From Macrostomum lignano (lineage: Eukaryota), in contig NIVC01001896.1 of the NCBI GenBank assembly GCA_002269645.1, positions 1 through 64,000 on the forward strand: a DNA stretch of 64,000 nt, in the 5' to 3' direction. Under the pieces are notes generated by a model. The model was not told the DNA's origin. It ran no database searches and was given only the letters and a program-made list of their open reading frames with translations. Made by a program: the position numbers and the translations under genes. Positions 60,791-64,000 of this stretch are shown here, piece after piece. Position 1 is the first letter of the stretch; every line of letters starts with the position of its first letter.

Positions 60791-61489
60791 TTGATTATGC
60801 AACTGTAGCAAGAAATTTCAGGAAGCTACGGATAACGGCGAGTTGTACCGCTCAGAACTGAGGCCTCATCTATTTCATAGGCATTTGGATTTTCCATCCC
60901 CTGCCGCCAATGTCGTGATCAGAAATGGCAGGGGCTTAAAAAACAATTATATCAAGATTTTCTCTGGTTCAAAACATTAAACTTGTGTGTTTCGACGGGG
61001 CGAGGGTAGATTAGCTGGTGTTGAGCGTTTTTTCTTTGCTTGAGTTGGAGCAATTAGAGGAGGTCATTATTTGAGCATTTTGTGACTCGGTTCGCAGGTC
61101 CACCCCTCGGTTGCTGCGCTTCTCTGGGTCCGCCGCCGGTCTTGGGTGCGCTCGCTCCTCCTCACCCTCCGGCGGACTCCGGCCCGGCCACGTGCTGCGC
61201 TCATTAATCTTCTGCTGCTGGCTGGCCTCGCCTGTCAACCGCCTCGTCCAAACTCGCCGTCTCGCCTTTTCTTCTGTCTGGAATGGATGGCGGCTGCTGT
61301 AGTCTTGTCACACTCCAGTTGCCTTCCACTGTGGGCCTCTATTGTCTCATTTATTGGCTCTATCTTTCTCATTGTGCCACTATTATACTTGAGCTGGCCT
61401 CGCCTCACTCTGCGCAATTCTTGGCTTGGCTCGTTTTCTGCGTGGCTCTTTCATATGAATTTGTGAACACCATACAGTGATATACGGAA

Positions 61490-61600
61490 AGACGGATATA
61501 CGGATATATTGGCATATGGATAATACGGATATGCAGATGCATGGACATCTGGATAATACGAATATGCAGATACATGGATATCTGGATAATACGGATATGC
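61490..61600. repeat. Short degenerate GGATA(T/A)ACGGAT repeat
   Basis: Recurring GGATAATACG(G/A)ATATGC units upstream of the FReD gene. Confidence 0.7.
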
Positions 61601-61714
61601 GAATCCTCTCAGCGCAGTGTCAATCGGGTATATATATTCCTAGTCTTGCCGCGGCCCTCATCGCCTTGGTCAGAACTCAGTCAAGCACTCTAACAAGCTC
61701 AACTTGCAGCCAAA

Positions 61715-63120
61715 ATGCAGTCCTGGACTCTGCTCACCGCCCTTCTGCTGGGTCTCGCCTGCTGCACGGTTTCTGCAGATGCCAACGGACAGTCGGGTTA
61801 CATGGACGTGAGCAGCTTCGCTCGAGTCGGCACCACCACATTCAAAGGATCGAAGTTGGGCGTCTTTGAAATCGATGGCGTTCGCGTTGCCGAGCCGAGA
61901 GTCTCGTTCCAGTCCTCATGCAGTGCCGTGGAGTTCAGTCGGATGTACATGAAGTACCAACTGACTCTGTCGATTTGCATCGATCCCAATACGCTCCGAT
62001 CGCGCAAGGGCTCGTCGAAGAAAGTCGGCCGCGTGTCGATCATCGGGCTGAATGTGAAGGCGGACCGAGGCTTGTCCAGCCGACAATCTGGAGTTTCCGT
62101 GATGGCGAATGTGAAAAAATCGGGCAGGAGTGCCGACCTCGTCTTCCTGTGCAGCTCGTTCCGCAGGTGCCGGTACCTCAGAGACGAGCTCGTGAGCAAC
62201 CGGCGGAACTTCGGCCGAACGCTGCAGTTCGAAGCTCTCGGCAGAGTCGGCAGCATTCCGGTGAGGTTCGGCTTCAGAAAGAGCGCCAACCTGCCGAGGC
62301 TGAGGTGCAACCGGAACCGCTGGATCGTGTTCCAGAGGCGGGTCGACGGCAGCCTCTCGTTCGCTCAGAACTGGGACTCCTATGTGAAGGGATTCGGAAA
62401 TCCCAGCTCCAACTACTGGATGGGTGAGTTAAGCAGTAGCGGAGATAAAATGCAACATGAAAGCCCTCATTCCGGGGCTCTTCTTAGTTGATGTCTGTGC
62501 TCGTTCAGTACCTAAAATTCCTTTCATGCTTCGGTAATTAGTCTATGGAGAACTACAGGTACCTTGTCGAATTACCTTGTCGAATTAATGTCGAGTCACT
62601 TTGAATAAAGTTGCAAACCTTGCAAACATTGCGCAAATGCCTAAAAATATCATAGTTGGTTCTCTATTCCCAACCCACAGGCTTGGCGCGTCTGTCCGAG
62701 ATGACGAAAACCGGTTCAGAGCGGCTGACTTCCCGGTGCCGGTTGAGAATCGAGGCCCAGAGCTTCAGAGGCAGGAAGTACAGAGCCGAGTTCAGAATGT
62801 TTCAAGTGCTCGGTCCTGAGCAGCAGTACCGCCTGCGCGTCGGACTGCAGGTCGGCCGGTCGGCACTGGGCAACGCGTTTCAGGCGCACAACGATCTGAG
62901 GTTCAGCACATTCGACAGAGATCACGACACCTGGAAGCATTCGTGCTCTCAAATATACGGCTACGGTGGTTGGTGGTTTAGCAGGTGCCACAGCGTGAAC
63001 CTGAACGGAGCCTACACCACCAACAGGGAGATCACTAACGATCCAACGTACATGAGCTTCCACTTGCGTGGGAAATACGTTCCAATGAGGCGCAGTCTGA
63101 TGAAATTCAGGTGCTATTGA
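61715..63120 (+). CDS. Secreted fibrinogen-related domain (FReD) protein; exons 61715-62423 and 62681-63120
   Basis: Signal peptide MQSWTLLTALLLGLACCTVSA. FReD motifs WIVFQRRVDGS, NWDSYVKGFG, NYWMG|L, LRIE, FSTFDRDHD, GGWWFSRCHSVNLNG. Donor ATGG|GTGAGT and acceptor CCACAG|GC are phase 1 and consistent. Confidence 0.92.
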
Positions 63121-64000
63121 TCTTCCGCTCGTGCTGTTCAGCAGACAGTTCTGACTCATGACTGCTTATTTTTTATTCAAGATTTCTTGGTACACGGTGC
63201 TTTTCTGAATTCGGGTTTTAAAATCAATACAATTACTATCTTTTAGCTTTCTCACGTGAGAACAGACTCAAAGTTTCTACAAATATGACAAGAGGAAAAC
63301 GAAAAATAGATATCATTTATTCTTGTGGATTTTACAATAGCCACACGGTGTTTTCGTGAAGTTTTTATTCATGATTGTGAGATGCGATCAATGTTAAATA
63401 TACAGTAAAAAGTGTTTCTTTAAAATATCAAAAATCCGATCTTTGTTTGCTTTTTACTTTGCTCTCCAAACAGTGAAATCGGCCTGTCCTAACGCAAAGA
63501 ATATTAAGATGCATTCATTCATACAAATTAAGCAAGGGGCTTTCGAGCACCGGCCTTCTCCGCATTTTAAGAACACAAAAACAGTCTGAATGTGTCTGTG
63601 AGTTCTGGTAGAAGCCAAGCTTGGAATGGATAAGAGAATATTCGATGGAGAGTATTTTACTGCTATTCTTCAGTAGGCAAAAGAGCTTGTAGAGAGTTAA
63701 AGAGACAAAGGCTCCGCTTGTTTTAGCAAGTGTAGCTTAGCAATCGCTGATTGCTTACAAGCATTCTAAGAGCTGGCAGAAACCTGCACAAGTACAAACA
63801 TCGATAAGTACATTTGCTGAGGTTTGTCGAGTTTCGGTCTTTTATTGCAAGATTGTTGCTATGTGCAAGACTCTAGTTGCCTTCATAGATACTATATAAC
63901 TAGATAGGTCACTCGGTTAATTTAATCTCACACTACTCTTAGGACCAACTATCAGTAGTGAAAAGTAGCCAAAATAAAAAATCAATTTTGCGATTTTCCG

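Overview
Eukaryotic (animal) genomic DNA with spliced GT-AG genes. It is probably from a free-living flatworm such as Macrostomum; this is an inference from intron-poor, Ala/Gln-rich genes, minisatellite-filled introns and likely trans-splice acceptors. Seven host genes can be assembled by hand: triokinase/FMN cyclase (TKFC/DAK, +), kanadaptin (SLC4A1AP, +), a small RING/Sina-like zinc-finger protein (-, mostly missed by the ORF track), SoxD (-), coatomer zeta (-), a SPATA48-like gene (+) and a secreted fibrinogen-related protein (+). The first 10 kb holds transposon relics: a 5'-truncated Penelope-like element with a type I hammerhead ribozyme at its 3' end, a LINE RT relic and a mariner relic. 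About 25 different tandem arrays fill introns and intergenic space, including a 2.66-kb near-perfect 13-mer whose long ORFs are artefacts. The main leads are: (1) repeat relics showing CG->TA and TG->TA changes with sharp CpG-free domains, suggesting a RIP-like or methylation-driven hypermutation process; (2) a TKFC gene with no in-frame ATG, positioned so that a spliced-leader AUG would supply it, possibly in an operon with kanadaptin; (3) the PLE hammerhead. Exon boundaries and ancestral states were derived by eye and from remembered family motifs; no database search was run.
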